Virus record (IMG/VR): IMGVR_UViG_3300035193_000026
Span: 1-58,434 of that record
Source: a virus
Lineage: Duplodnaviria; Caudoviricetes
Length of the DNA: 58,434 bases
Direction: 5' to 3' (one strand)
Positions 1 through 9,459 of the stretch are shown here, piece by piece (within the stretch, counting starts at the first letter, position 1; each line of letters opens with the position of its first letter). The position numbers and the translations under genes are program-made. A model generated the notes under the pieces. It was not told the DNA's origin. It was given only the letters and a program-made list of their open reading frames with translations, and searched no databases.

Positions 1-79
1 CTCATTTAGAGACTTTTTTCTGTGTATGAAAAAGGAATTTTAAATCAAAGGAAATCAAAATAATCAAAAAGGTATTGAA

Positions 80-1396
80 ATGATTATAGAAAATAGAAAG
101 GTCAAAGAATTAATTCCATATATAAAGAATATTAAAAAGCATCCCCCTAAGCAGGTTAATAAGATTGCTGAATCTATAAGGCAATTTGGTTTTAACATCC
201 CAATATTATTAACAAAGGAAAATGAGATAATTGCCGGTCATGGTCGGTTATTGGCTGCTAAAAAAATAAAACTTGAAGATGTTCCATGTATTTATTTGAA
301 TGATTTAACCCCTGAACAAATAAAAGCTTTTCGTATCGCTGATAATAAGGTCGCTGAGTCAGAATGGGAGGAAGGGTTTCTAAAGGAAGAATTAGAAGAT
401 TTATATGCGATGGACTATGATCTTGAATTTACAGGTTTTGATATTCCCGAATTTAAAGACATATTAGTGGAGATATTTCCACCTGAAATAAAACAAAGAG
501 ATTATGAAGGCACTGAGGATGATTGTTTTAGTGATGAAAAAGTAAAGCATGAGATATTATTACCAGAAGATGAATTAAAAATACCTTATTGGGAGTGGAT
601 GAACTCAATGGATGAAGTATATGTCCAGTTCTCGGGTGGTAAGGATAGTATGGCTTCACTGGCAATTTGTCTTGATAATTTACCTAAAGATAAAATAAAA
701 ATATTTCATAATGCGATACCTATGGACCCTCCTGGATTAACGGAATGGGTACAAGAATTTGCAAAAAGTCTTGATATAGAATTGATAATTCCTGGTAATG
801 TTATATCAGATGAGCAACTATTTAAGACACTTAGAAAGACAGGGCTTCCTTTAAATTTCGCGAAAAGATGGTGTTTAAGGGTTTGGAAAATTCTACCTAC
901 AAATAATTATATTAAAAAAAATGGCTTACATTTAAGATCTGATATAGTTTTTGTTGAGGGGCTTAGGCGTGAAGAAGGTGGAGTTAGGGCAACAACTGAT
1001 CCTAGAAGTTTAAGGAAAATTGATAATACTATGACAGTTAGAATGTCCAGACCTATTTTAGATATGACAGAAGATGAAGTTTTCAAAACAATAAAGGGAA
1101 AAGGTTGGAAAAGACATTGGGTTTATGATATAGGATTACCGAGATTGGGATGTATTTTTTGTTTTGCAACTAAAAGAAGAGACTGGCAGACATTAAGAGA
1201 AAATGCTCCAGAGATCTTTTTAAAATCGTTAAGAATTCTTGCTGAAGGAGCTTGTTCTAATAATGTTTCAGGTAGTGACGTTGTTTATTATTTGAGAAAA
1301 ATGTTAAGCTTAGATACGGTTGCAGGAGCCAGAAAAGATGACGGTCTCCCTCCCCGTAAACCTTGGACAGGAGACCGTAAAAGAACAGATGATTAA
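80..1396 (+). CDS. ParB/Srx N-terminal domain fused to PAPS-reductase/DndC-like PP-loop domain
   Basis: N-terminal IIAGHGRLLAAK...AFRIADNK (ParB-like); C-terminal FSGGKDS PP-loop, RWC, GLRREE, RPILD and RLGCIFC motifs. Confidence 0.85.
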   Translation: MIIENRKVKELIPYIKNIKKHPPKQVNKIAESIRQFGFNIPILLTKENEIIAGHGRLLAAKKIKLEDVPCIYLNDLTPEQIKAFRIADNKVAESEWEEGFLKEELEDLYAMDYDLEFTGFDIPEFKDILVEIFPPEIKQRDYEGTEDDCFSDEKVKHEILLPEDELKIPYWEWMNSMDEVYVQFSGGKDSMASLAICLDNLPKDKIKIFHNAIPMDPPGLTEWVQEFAKSLDIELIIPGNVISDEQLFKTLRKTGLPLNFAKRWCLRVWKILPTNNYIKKNGLHLRSDIVFVEGLRREEGGVRATTDPRSLRKIDNTMTVRMSRPILDMTEDEVFKTIKGKGWKRHWVYDIGLPRLGCIFCFATKRRDWQTLRENAPEIFLKSLRILAEGACSNNVSGSDVVYYLRKMLSLDTVAGARKDDGLPPRKPWTGDRKRTDD

Positions 1397-1719
1397 TAAA
1401 CTTGATCTAAGAGGAAAAGGCTATTTGTTTTAGTGCGATATGAACTTTCAAAGAGGATTTTATCTATAATGCAAATAAAACAAATAGAATCAAGGCCATG
1501 TGTTTTTTTGAGGTACTTTTGTAAGCTTCGCGCCTGCCCTCTTGATTTATTGCACCATAAACCGCCTGGACCGTCCTTGCCTTTTTGTACTGGTTCGGCA
1601 GGATGATTCCATCGTTTGGGTTTATAGCTTATTATCTTACTATGTAAGAGGCCTGTACTTGTTAAATCGGGTAATAATACTACTTTATATCTGATTTTAT
1701 CCATAATTTTTTGAGGCAT
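1393..1719 (-). CDS. hypothetical protein
   Basis: 108-aa ORF with AAGGAG RBS upstream. Confidence 0.7.
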   Translation of the reverse strand: MPQKIMDKIRYKVVLLPDLTSTGLLHSKIISYKPKRWNHPAEPVQKGKDGPGGLWCNKSRGQARSLQKYLKKTHGLDSICFICIIDKILFESSYRTKTNSLFLLDQVY

Positions 1720-1758
1720 AATAGTCTCCTTTGTTCTTTGACATATGATTTAATGATA

Positions 1759-1893
1759 TTATTTAGCAAGCTTTTCTTTAATGGCTTGCAAGATAAAGGC
1801 GTTGAACGATATCCCAAGATCAAAGACTTTGTGCATGATCTCAGCGTGAAGCTTTTTGGGTATCCTGATTGTTGTTGTTTTTTTGTCGTCCAT
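1759..1893 (-). CDS. ribbon-helix-helix (Arc/HicB C-terminal-like) DNA-binding protein, 44 aa, not in ORF track
   Basis: Manual translation MDDKKTTTIRIPKKLHAEIMHKVFDLGISFNAFILQAIKEKLAK; GGAGG RBS; RHH pattern TIRIP..LH...GISFN..I..AI. Confidence 0.75.
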   Translation of the reverse strand: MDDKKTTTIRIPKKLHAEIMHKVFDLGISFNAFILQAIKEKLAK

Positions 1894-1972
1894 AATTACC
1901 TCCGATATTTAAAGTATAAATAAACTAAAACATCAATCAATACAGTGATTAAAGGTGTTGTTATTGACGTGG

Positions 1973-2230
1973 TTAAACCTTTGCAAAATTAGACCAGCAA
2001 TAATCAACAATCTCTTTAGGCGCTTGAGTTGATGGAGTTGGAGCTGACCCCGACCAATAATTAGTATTGGGTAGACCTGCGGCTCTTATGGCTCTGGTAA
2101 AGCCAGCATTGCCAACTACGTCCCATCCTGTAGCCGGTCGTTTATTGCGGCAATCAGGGTCAGGATATGATTTATTGTTAAATTTAGATTTAAGTATATC
2201 AGCCATTTCGTTTATTGTGTATTTTTCCAT
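1973..2230 (-). CDS. hypothetical protein
   Basis: 85-aa ORF in leftward operon. Confidence 0.65.
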   Translation of the reverse strand: MEKYTINEMADILKSKFNNKSYPDPDCRNKRPATGWDVVGNAGFTRAIRAAGLPNTNYWSGSAPTPSTQAPKEIVDYCWSNFAKV

Positions 2231-2277
2231 TTTATCAACCTTTCCAGCCTTTTAAAGACGTGCTGAGGTCGGAAGGG

Positions 2278-2454
2278 TTAGTTAATCTGAGTAAAAATAC
2301 CTTTATTGATCATCCATTCTAATTTAGGGCGGTTAAACTTAGTAATTTCACCTGTTTCAATGTTTTTAGTTGTTGCAACTTTTTTATTGCAAGTAGTTAT
2401 TTCAATTTTAAACCCTTTTTCATTGTGTTTGTATGTATTTGATATTAATTTCAT
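2278..2454 (-). CDS. hypothetical protein, 58 aa, not in ORF track
   Basis: Manual translation MKLISNTYKHNEKGFKIEITT...INKGIFTQIN; AAGGAG RBS. Confidence 0.65.
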   Translation of the reverse strand: MKLISNTYKHNEKGFKIEITTCNKKVATTKNIETGEITKFNRPKLEWMINKGIFTQIN

Positions 2455-2488
2455 GGCTGACTCCTTATTAATCGTTAATGTTATATAT

Positions 2489-2517
2489 AATATACTATCA
2501 TTATATCATTGTGTCAA
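2489..2517 (-). promoter_or_regulatory. sigma70-type promoter for the leftward operon
   Basis: Minus strand TTGACA-17nt-TATATT. Confidence 0.6.
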
Positions 2518-2595
2518 GTAAAAAAGTGATTATTTGTAATTTTTTTTTCAACATATTTAACTCAATTTAGCTAAATATAAACAAAAGGAGTAAAT

Positions 2596-3087
2596 GTGGC
2601 GCGTGGCGGATATAGACCTGGAGCAGGGCGAAAACCGGGAAAATCGAAAAAATCAAAAGAAAAAGATGAATTAAAACGTATCAAAAAGGAAGAGGCTGAA
2701 AAAATTAAGGAGATTTTGTCTTATGGAATAAAAGCTAAAACCAAAATATATAATGATTATCTTAAGCGTGTGCAAAACGGTGATAAATTAACTGCAACAG
2801 AAATCAAAACAATGGATAAGATAGAGGATGAATTAAAATCTACTATCCTGGATAAATCATTAGAAAAAAAAGAAACTGAAACACCTCTTGATTTTATGCT
2901 GAGGATAATGAACGATCCTAATCAGGAACAATCTACTCGCGAACGTATGGCTGTGGCCGCTGCTCCATATATCCATAGTAGAAAAAGTGAGGGTATAGGA
3001 AAAAAAGAAGATATAGCCCAAAAAGCAGAGGATGTCGCAAAGACTAAGTTTGGAACATGGGAAAGTCCTTTGAAGGTGGTTAAGTGA
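2596..3087 (+). CDS. terS: terminase small subunit
   Basis: MARGGYRPGAGRKP N-terminus and TPLDFML...AAAPYIH motif; overlaps terL. Confidence 0.85.
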   Translation: MARGGYRPGAGRKPGKSKKSKEKDELKRIKKEEAEKIKEILSYGIKAKTKIYNDYLKRVQNGDKLTATEIKTMDKIEDELKSTILDKSLEKKETETPLDFMLRIMNDPNQEQSTRERMAVAAAPYIHSRKSEGIGKKEDIAQKAEDVAKTKFGTWESPLKVVK

Positions 3088-4805
3088 TAGAATGGAATAC
3101 ATCTTGCCCTGACTGGGAGGATCGAATAATAAAAGGTGAGAGTTTAATTCCTTTTGATCCGTTATTCCCCGAGAGTGCGAAAAAAGCATTGGAGATATTC
3201 TGCTCCCTTAGAATAGTTGATCAACCCGGAAGGCCTACTTTTGGTGAAATAAGCCCTAAATGGGTTTTGGATTTCGTTGCGGCTGTATTTGGGGCATACG
3301 ACCAAAATACTGGTATACAGCATATTAAAGAATATTTTTTGATGATTGGAAAGAAAAACGGTAAGAGCACGCTGGCTTCAGGGGTAATGATGACTGCCCT
3401 TATATTGAATTTAAGGGAATCTGCTGAATTTATAGTATTGGCTCCAACTGTAAAAGTTGCTAATAACTCTTTTCAGCCTGCATATGATATGTGTCGTAAA
3501 GATGTCGATGAAGATTTAAATAGTTTGTTGCACGATCAAGCACATTTAAAAAAAATAACAAACAGGAATACGAAAGCATGGCTTAATGTTGTAGCTGCGG
3601 ATAGTGGCACGGTAGCGGGAATAAAAGGCTCCGGCCATTTTATTGATGAGCTTTGGGAGTTCGGAAGCGGTAATAATGCTAAAAATATGATCAGGGAAGC
3701 TACTGGAGGTATGGCATCCAGGCCGGAGGGCTTTATAATATGGGCTACAACCCAGAGTGACAATCCTCCCGCCGGTATATTCAAGGAAAAATTAGACTAT
3801 GCCCGAAAAGTTAGAGATGGTAAAATAAAAGATAATCAATTTTTACCTGTCATATACGAGTTTCCTGAAAAGATTATTAAAGAGAGCAGACACTTAAATC
3901 CAAAAATGTTTTACGTAACTAATCCAAATATGGGCGTTTCAGTTGATGAAGGTTTTCTTCAAAGAGAATTTAAAAAGGCACAAGAAGCAGGCAAGGATTC
4001 AATGCAAGGCTTTCTTGCAAAACATCTTAACATAGAAATAGATGTATCACTAAAAACTCAGAACTGGGCGGGTGCTGAATTTTGGGAGGATGCTAAAAAT
4101 ATTGTGGACCTTGATATTATTTTGCAGGAATCTGAGGTTATTGAGATCGGGATTGATGGCGGGGGGTTGGACGATCTTTTAGGTTTTGCTGTTATTGGCA
4201 GGGATGCTTCAACCGGAATATGGCGGCTATGGGTGAGGGCATGGGCCAATCTAATAGCACTGGAAAGACGTAAATCTGAAGCCGATCGTTACAGGGATTT
4301 TGAAAAAGACGGGGATTTAATTATTGTTGAGGAAATAGGTGAAGATATTAAGCAGTTGGGTGAACTCGTAAGGAAATGCGAAAAATCCGGTTTACTTGAC
4401 CGGATAGGAGTTGATCAGGCTGGAATAGGAACTATTGTTGATGAGCTTGAAGCAGGAGACGAAAACGAAGAATATGCAATAGATCATGACAGGATAATTG
4501 GGATCCCGCAGGGTTGGCGCCTAAATGGTGCCATAAAGACAGCTGGAATAAAGATAGCCGGTAAAGGTATGGTTCATGGGGGGCAAAGGCTGATGTCCTG
4601 GTGTGTAGGAAATGCGAAGGAAGAACAGAAAGGTAACGCTATTGCAATAACTAAACAGACATGCGGAACGGGCAAAATAGATCCGTTTATGGCTATGCTT
4701 AATGCGGTTACTCTTATGGCCATGAACCCAATAGCAAAGGCAGTTAAATCAGCATATAATGATATGACACCCGAAGAAATAGAAGATAGCACATTAACTT
4801 TTTAA
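3084..4805 (+). CDS. terL: terminase large subunit (HK97/cos type)
   Basis: GKKNGKST Walker A, FIDELW Walker B, GIDGGGLDD nuclease motif, KIDP C-terminal motif. Confidence 0.95.
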   Translation: MIEWNTSCPDWEDRIIKGESLIPFDPLFPESAKKALEIFCSLRIVDQPGRPTFGEISPKWVLDFVAAVFGAYDQNTGIQHIKEYFLMIGKKNGKSTLASGVMMTALILNLRESAEFIVLAPTVKVANNSFQPAYDMCRKDVDEDLNSLLHDQAHLKKITNRNTKAWLNVVAADSGTVAGIKGSGHFIDELWEFGSGNNAKNMIREATGGMASRPEGFIIWATTQSDNPPAGIFKEKLDYARKVRDGKIKDNQFLPVIYEFPEKIIKESRHLNPKMFYVTNPNMGVSVDEGFLQREFKKAQEAGKDSMQGFLAKHLNIEIDVSLKTQNWAGAEFWEDAKNIVDLDIILQESEVIEIGIDGGGLDDLLGFAVIGRDASTGIWRLWVRAWANLIALERRKSEADRYRDFEKDGDLIIVEEIGEDIKQLGELVRKCEKSGLLDRIGVDQAGIGTIVDELEAGDENEEYAIDHDRIIGIPQGWRLNGAIKTAGIKIAGKGMVHGGQRLMSWCVGNAKEEQKGNAIAITKQTCGTGKIDPFMAMLNAVTLMAMNPIAKAVKSAYNDMTPEEIEDSTLTF

Positions 4806-4814
4806 GGAGAAGAC

Positions 4815-5069
4815 ATGGCAAAGAGAGGACCAAAACCAAAAAATGAAGCTGGACGTAAGCCGCTGAATACAAAAGATTATCCTGATACGATACCAGATAA
4901 TAACTTACCCGATAAGGCTTTGTTTAATATCCAGGAAGTAGAGGTATATTTTGGAATAACACGGCCAACAGTTAATAGGTGGTGTTTGCACGGGATATTA
5001 ACTGCTATCGAAAAAGGTGGTAATATCTATATAACACGTGAGTCTATGTTGAAGTGCAAGCTGAAATAA
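4815..5069 (+). CDS. excisionase/MerR-like HTH DNA-binding protein
   Basis: LFNIQEVEVYFGITRPTVNRW...IYITRES pattern. Confidence 0.7.
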   Translation: MAKRGPKPKNEAGRKPLNTKDYPDTIPDNNLPDKALFNIQEVEVYFGITRPTVNRWCLHGILTAIEKGGNIYITRESMLKCKLK

Positions 5070-5241
5070 TTCTATCTAAATTATAAAAATAAGCATATAG
5101 CTTTTTAGAATGATATCCAAAATGTATATTATTTTTAATTAATGTATATTAATATTACAAGTAATTGATTTTACTATAAAAAAACCTTTACAATTCTCTC
5201 CTAAAATAAGAAAATAAGAAAAAACTAAACTGGGAGAACCT

Positions 5242-5448
5242 ATGAATTTAAAAAGACCTGCATGGGGCAAGGTTTTATCAGCCCCATTTAAATGGTTTTG
5301 GAAGTCTTTTGATATCCGGGATTTATTTTTATTTGGCGGTTTGGGTGCTGTAGGTTATGGGATATATCTAGAATGGGGTTTATCGTGGGCCATGCTTGTA
5401 CCCGGAGGGATGTTAATGTTAATCGGTTATTTAATGAAGGATAAATAG
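5242..5448 (+). CDS. small membrane protein upstream of portal
   Basis: Two hydrophobic segments; position typical of HK97-like phages. Confidence 0.7.
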   Translation: MNLKRPAWGKVLSAPFKWFWKSFDIRDLFLFGGLGAVGYGIYLEWGLSWAMLVPGGMLMLIGYLMKDK

Positions 5449-6698
5449 TGGGTATAGTTTCACGCATGATAAGGCCGAGAGCTGAAGCATGGGGACCGGA
5501 TGACGATAGATGGTATAATCCCGGTGGTAGTTATTATGGTGGGGTTCCTTTGCCTGACATGGTCGGTGGCAGCGAGAATGCTATGCGGCTTATAACCGTT
5601 CAAAATTGTGTAAGGGTTCGTGCATATACTATATCTCAATTACCTTGCCATGTCATGGAAAAGAAGGGCAAGGAGCGCATTCAAGCCACAGATTTTTATC
5701 TTTATGAAAAACTGCATGATCAACCCAATGATTGGATGACTGCTTCTGAGTTTTGGGGTATGGCTGAAGCTCATGTATGTTTGCGTGGAAATTTTATAGC
5801 TTATAAATTAGGCATAGAAAACAGGCCTATTCAACAGTTAATACCACTAAAAACTGACGCTGTATCAAAAATAGAACAAAACGATGACTATTCATTGTCT
5901 TACCATATTCGATTTAAAAGTGGCGAAATAAGAGAAATACCGGGTAGTAAATTTTTACATTTAAGAGGCTTGACACTCGATGGTATAAATGGGGTTAATC
6001 CTATTGAGTACGCACGTGAGACAATAAGTAATGGAGCGTCAAGTAATACATTTTTAAGCAATTTTTTTAACAAAGGGTTACATCCTGGAGCGATATTCAA
6101 GCATAAATTACCTTTGAATGCCCCTGCTCATGCTAATAAGAAAGCCGAACTTAAAAAGAAATATCAAGGACTTGGCAAATCATGGGAAATGATGTTGATA
6201 GATGAGGGTATGGAAGTAGAATTTCCTACGGTAAAACTTGTTGACGCGCAATTCCTTGAACAGATGAAAATGAATGAGGCTCAAATTGCTGGTTTATTTC
6301 GTGTGCCTCTTATGCTTATACAATCAGGGTCTAATGTACCTACTTACGCGAGTTCGGAACAGTTTATGATATCTTATGCAATTTATGGGGTTACTCCAGA
6401 TTGTGTTAATTACGAAAAAGCTGTTAATCGGGATCTTATGACTAAGGATGAGCGTAAAAAATATTATACCAAATTTAATATTAATTCTTTGATGAGAGGA
6501 AGCATGGCTGAAAGGTCTAAATATTATCAGACTATGGTTAATACTGAAATATTATCGCCCGATGAATGCAGAGATTTAGAGGACCTCAGCCCTAGACCTG
6601 ATGGTAAAGGTGGCGAATACAGGACAAGGACGTCCACGGTTAAAGAGTCTGACTCTAGTAATGATGATAGTAAACAGGAGAATAAAGATGAAACTTAG
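5448..6698 (+). CDS. HK97-family portal protein
   Basis: LHDQPNDWMT..FW, LRGN, DAQFLEQ..IAGLFRVP motifs. Confidence 0.95.
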   Translation: MGIVSRMIRPRAEAWGPDDDRWYNPGGSYYGGVPLPDMVGGSENAMRLITVQNCVRVRAYTISQLPCHVMEKKGKERIQATDFYLYEKLHDQPNDWMTASEFWGMAEAHVCLRGNFIAYKLGIENRPIQQLIPLKTDAVSKIEQNDDYSLSYHIRFKSGEIREIPGSKFLHLRGLTLDGINGVNPIEYARETISNGASSNTFLSNFFNKGLHPGAIFKHKLPLNAPAHANKKAELKKKYQGLGKSWEMMLIDEGMEVEFPTVKLVDAQFLEQMKMNEAQIAGLFRVPLMLIQSGSNVPTYASSEQFMISYAIYGVTPDCVNYEKAVNRDLMTKDERKKYYTKFNINSLMRGSMAERSKYYQTMVNTEILSPDECRDLEDLSPRPDGKGGEYRTRTSTVKESDSSNDDSKQENKDET

Positions 6699-7536
6699 AT
6701 ACCGGAATGAACGCAACGCAAAAATATTAAGCACATTATATGAAAAACCTCTTGATAAACCTGATTGGTTTAAAATCAATGATGAAGCTGAAGAGGTTGA
6801 GATCCTTGTGTACGATGTGATCGGCTGGCCCTGGTTAGATGCTAATATGCTTGTAAGTCAGATCAATGAATATAAAGGTAGACCGCTTAATTTTGCAATA
6901 AATTCTCCCGGTGGTGATGTTATCGACGCAATCGCCATATTGAACGCCATGAAAAGACATGATGCTAAAGTATCGGTTCGTATTGATTCATTGGCAGCAA
7001 GTAGCGCGACTATTATTTCTATGGGTGGTCAGGAAATAAGTGCATACAAAAATTCAACTTTCATGATTCATAATCCGTGGTCAATCGCTATCGGTAACGA
7101 GTTTGACATGGAAGAAATGCGGGATATTCTTAAACAGTTCGGTTCTCAGATACTTGATATTTACACTGAAAAAGCCACAATTGGAAAACGTGCCATAAAA
7201 AGTTTAATGGACGGTACGGATAAAAGAGATGGTACATGGATGACCGCAAAAGAGGCAAAAGAAAAAGGTTTTATCGATAATATTATCGAAAATGACAGCC
7301 AGGTGAAAGCTAATTTGAATATCCCCATTTTTTCAGGGATACCGGATAATATTATACAATCAAATAAAAATGAACCAACGATAAGGGATGCTGAAAAAGC
7401 CCTCCGAGACGTGGGCTTATCAAATAAAGAAGCCAAAGCAATTCTAGCGGGAGGCTGGAAAGGCAGAGGTGAGGGTCAACGAGAAGTTGAACAAATCAAT
7501 GAAATAAACGACTTAATAAAATCAATACCAATTTAA
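6688..7536 (+). CDS. ClpP-type prohead maturation protease
   Basis: INSPGGDV, DSLAASSAT, FMIHNPW, TWMTAKEA..GFID; start placed at ATG 6688 behind AGGAG. Confidence 0.92.
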   Translation: MKLRYRNERNAKILSTLYEKPLDKPDWFKINDEAEEVEILVYDVIGWPWLDANMLVSQINEYKGRPLNFAINSPGGDVIDAIAILNAMKRHDAKVSVRIDSLAASSATIISMGGQEISAYKNSTFMIHNPWSIAIGNEFDMEEMRDILKQFGSQILDIYTEKATIGKRAIKSLMDGTDKRDGTWMTAKEAKEKGFIDNIIENDSQVKANLNIPIFSGIPDNIIQSNKNEPTIRDAEKALRDVGLSNKEAKAILAGGWKGRGEGQREVEQINEINDLIKSIPI

Positions 7537-7548
7537 AGGAGAAAAACT

Positions 7549-8907
7549 ATGGATTATGAAGCTCTTAAGAAATCAATAGAGGATGTAAAAGACGCTATTG
7601 AAAGACGAAACAAGGCTTTTGAGGATTTCAAGGTTGAAAACGACACACGGTTGAAAGAAATCGAAGCCAAAGGACACGCTGACCCGCTTTTACAGGACAA
7701 AGTTGAAAAGATTGCTGCTGATATAGCCGATCTTGAGACAGTGCGCCAGCAGCTTGAATCTATTGAGAAATCAGTAGCCAACATGGAAGCTAAAGGCATA
7801 AATGGCAATGGTGGTGAATCGAATGCTATATACAAATCTATAGGCGAACAGCTTAAGGATGTTGTGACCCTTGGAATGCCGGATGCGAGTACATCAGCAA
7901 AAGCTGAAGCGATGGACAGGCTTAATAAAGTCAAGGCTGCTGCTTCCGGGGCAAACGAGTCTATACCAAGTGAAGGTGGATTTCTTGTTGAAAAGGATTC
8001 TGCTGATATGCTTGGCGATCAGGCTATAGCCACAGGCCTTCTTTCACAGGATTGTTTTGAAGTTCCTATCAGTTCAAATTCAAACGGGCTTAAGCTTAAA
8101 TTGATGGATGAAACAAGCCGTGCTAATGGATCAAGGTTCGGTGGAATACAGGTTTACTGGGAAGGTGAAGCCGATACAACCACAGCGACAAAGCCCAAAT
8201 TCAGGCAGGCAGAATGGCAGCTTAAAAAGCTTATGGGTATCATGTATGCTACTGAAGAGCTTATCAATGACGCTCCGGCACTTACCGCACTTGTAAACAG
8301 GTGGTTTCCGATGGAATTTGGATTCAAGGTTGACGATGGCATTGTAAATGGTACAGGGGCAGGTATGCCATTGGGTATCGTAAATGCTGGAAGTACGGTT
8401 TCTCAGGCAGTAAGAACAGGACAGGGAACAAGGGCCAACAATGACAATAAAGTTATTTATGAGAATATTGTTGACATGTATGCCCGGTTACTTAATTCGA
8501 GTGACCCACGCGCCAAGTGGTATATAAACAGGGCACTTCTTCCGAGCATTATGCTTATGTCTGTTCCTGTTGGAACTGGTGGTGCTCCGGTTTTCTTGCC
8601 TCCTAACGGTGCAGCTGGTCAGCCATATATGACATTACTCAATAAACCGATTATACCGATTGAGCAGTGTCAGGCCCCCGGAACAGCAGGCGATATCATT
8701 CTTTCAGATATGAATGAATACCTGCTTATTACAAAGGGCGGAATTAATGCAGCTGCATCAATCCATGTCAGGTTCCTTTATGATGAGATGACATTCAGAT
8801 GGACTTATCGACTGGATGGTGCACCATGGAGAAATTCAACCCTTACACCTTTTAAGGGTGGGGCGTCTGCGACTCAGGGACCGAATGTAGTTCTTGCAGC
8901 ATCGTAA
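7549..8907 (+). CDS. major capsid protein (HK97 fold, N-terminal delta domain)
   Basis: Coiled-coil N-terminus, EGGFLV, WEGE, GTGAGMPLGI, FR...RLDG. Confidence 0.95.
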   Translation: MDYEALKKSIEDVKDAIERRNKAFEDFKVENDTRLKEIEAKGHADPLLQDKVEKIAADIADLETVRQQLESIEKSVANMEAKGINGNGGESNAIYKSIGEQLKDVVTLGMPDASTSAKAEAMDRLNKVKAAASGANESIPSEGGFLVEKDSADMLGDQAIATGLLSQDCFEVPISSNSNGLKLKLMDETSRANGSRFGGIQVYWEGEADTTTATKPKFRQAEWQLKKLMGIMYATEELINDAPALTALVNRWFPMEFGFKVDDGIVNGTGAGMPLGIVNAGSTVSQAVRTGQGTRANNDNKVIYENIVDMYARLLNSSDPRAKWYINRALLPSIMLMSVPVGTGGAPVFLPPNGAAGQPYMTLLNKPIIPIEQCQAPGTAGDIILSDMNEYLLITKGGINAAASIHVRFLYDEMTFRWTYRLDGAPWRNSTLTPFKGGASATQGPNVVLAAS

Positions 8908-8914
8908 TAACAAG

Positions 8915-8931
8915 GGGGCGTAATGCCCCTA
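8915..8931 (+). terminator. hairpin after capsid gene
   Basis: GGGGC-GTAAT-GCCCC with a weak U-tract. Confidence 0.4.
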
Positions 8932-8950
8932 TATAATAAAGGAGAAAAAT

Positions 8951-9433
8951 ATGTTTAATTTAGCTGAAGATGCAGAAGTTATAACCATACAGGCTGCGGC
9001 CACAGTTAGTAGTGTGGCAGCTACCGATATTATTAACATGAAGAATTATCACAAGGTATCATTTATCGTAACTACGGGTACAGTTACGGTAGGTGGCGGT
9101 ATATCAGTAAGACAGATGGACTCTGTTTCTGATACAGTTGCGAGTGAATCAAGGCTTGGAATTGACTGTTACTGGGAAAAAACTGCGGCTGCTTCCGGTG
9201 CCCATACAAAGACAGCGGCTGATTCTTTATCATCTTATGGCGGTATAACGGTGGCTAATGGAGATGACAGCAAACAGTATATATTCGAGGTCAGAGGTGA
9301 TCAGCTTGATTCAAGTAATAACTGTATTGCTTTGAGTTTTGATGATTCGACCTGGAATGCTGCTCTCGTATCTGTTACAGCAGTTTGTCATCCGAGATAT
9401 CATCAGGCACAGCCGGTAACGGCACTGGCATAA
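8951..9433 (+). CDS. putative capsid decoration/cement protein
   Basis: Immediately after MCP; beta-rich, D.INMKNY..V.F pattern. Confidence 0.55.
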   Translation: MFNLAEDAEVITIQAAATVSSVAATDIINMKNYHKVSFIVTTGTVTVGGGISVRQMDSVSDTVASESRLGIDCYWEKTAAASGAHTKTAADSLSSYGGITVANGDDSKQYIFEVRGDQLDSSNNCIALSFDDSTWNAALVSVTAVCHPRYHQAQPVTALA

Positions 9434-9459
9434 ACTTTAAAACCGGGAGATAAAATAAT

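Noticed and set aside
80-1396. Plasmid-prophage partitioning ParB or a sulfate-assimilation cysH auxiliary gene
   Set aside because: No HTH or ParA partner and no other cys genes; the fusion and position fit modification-type ParB proteins better
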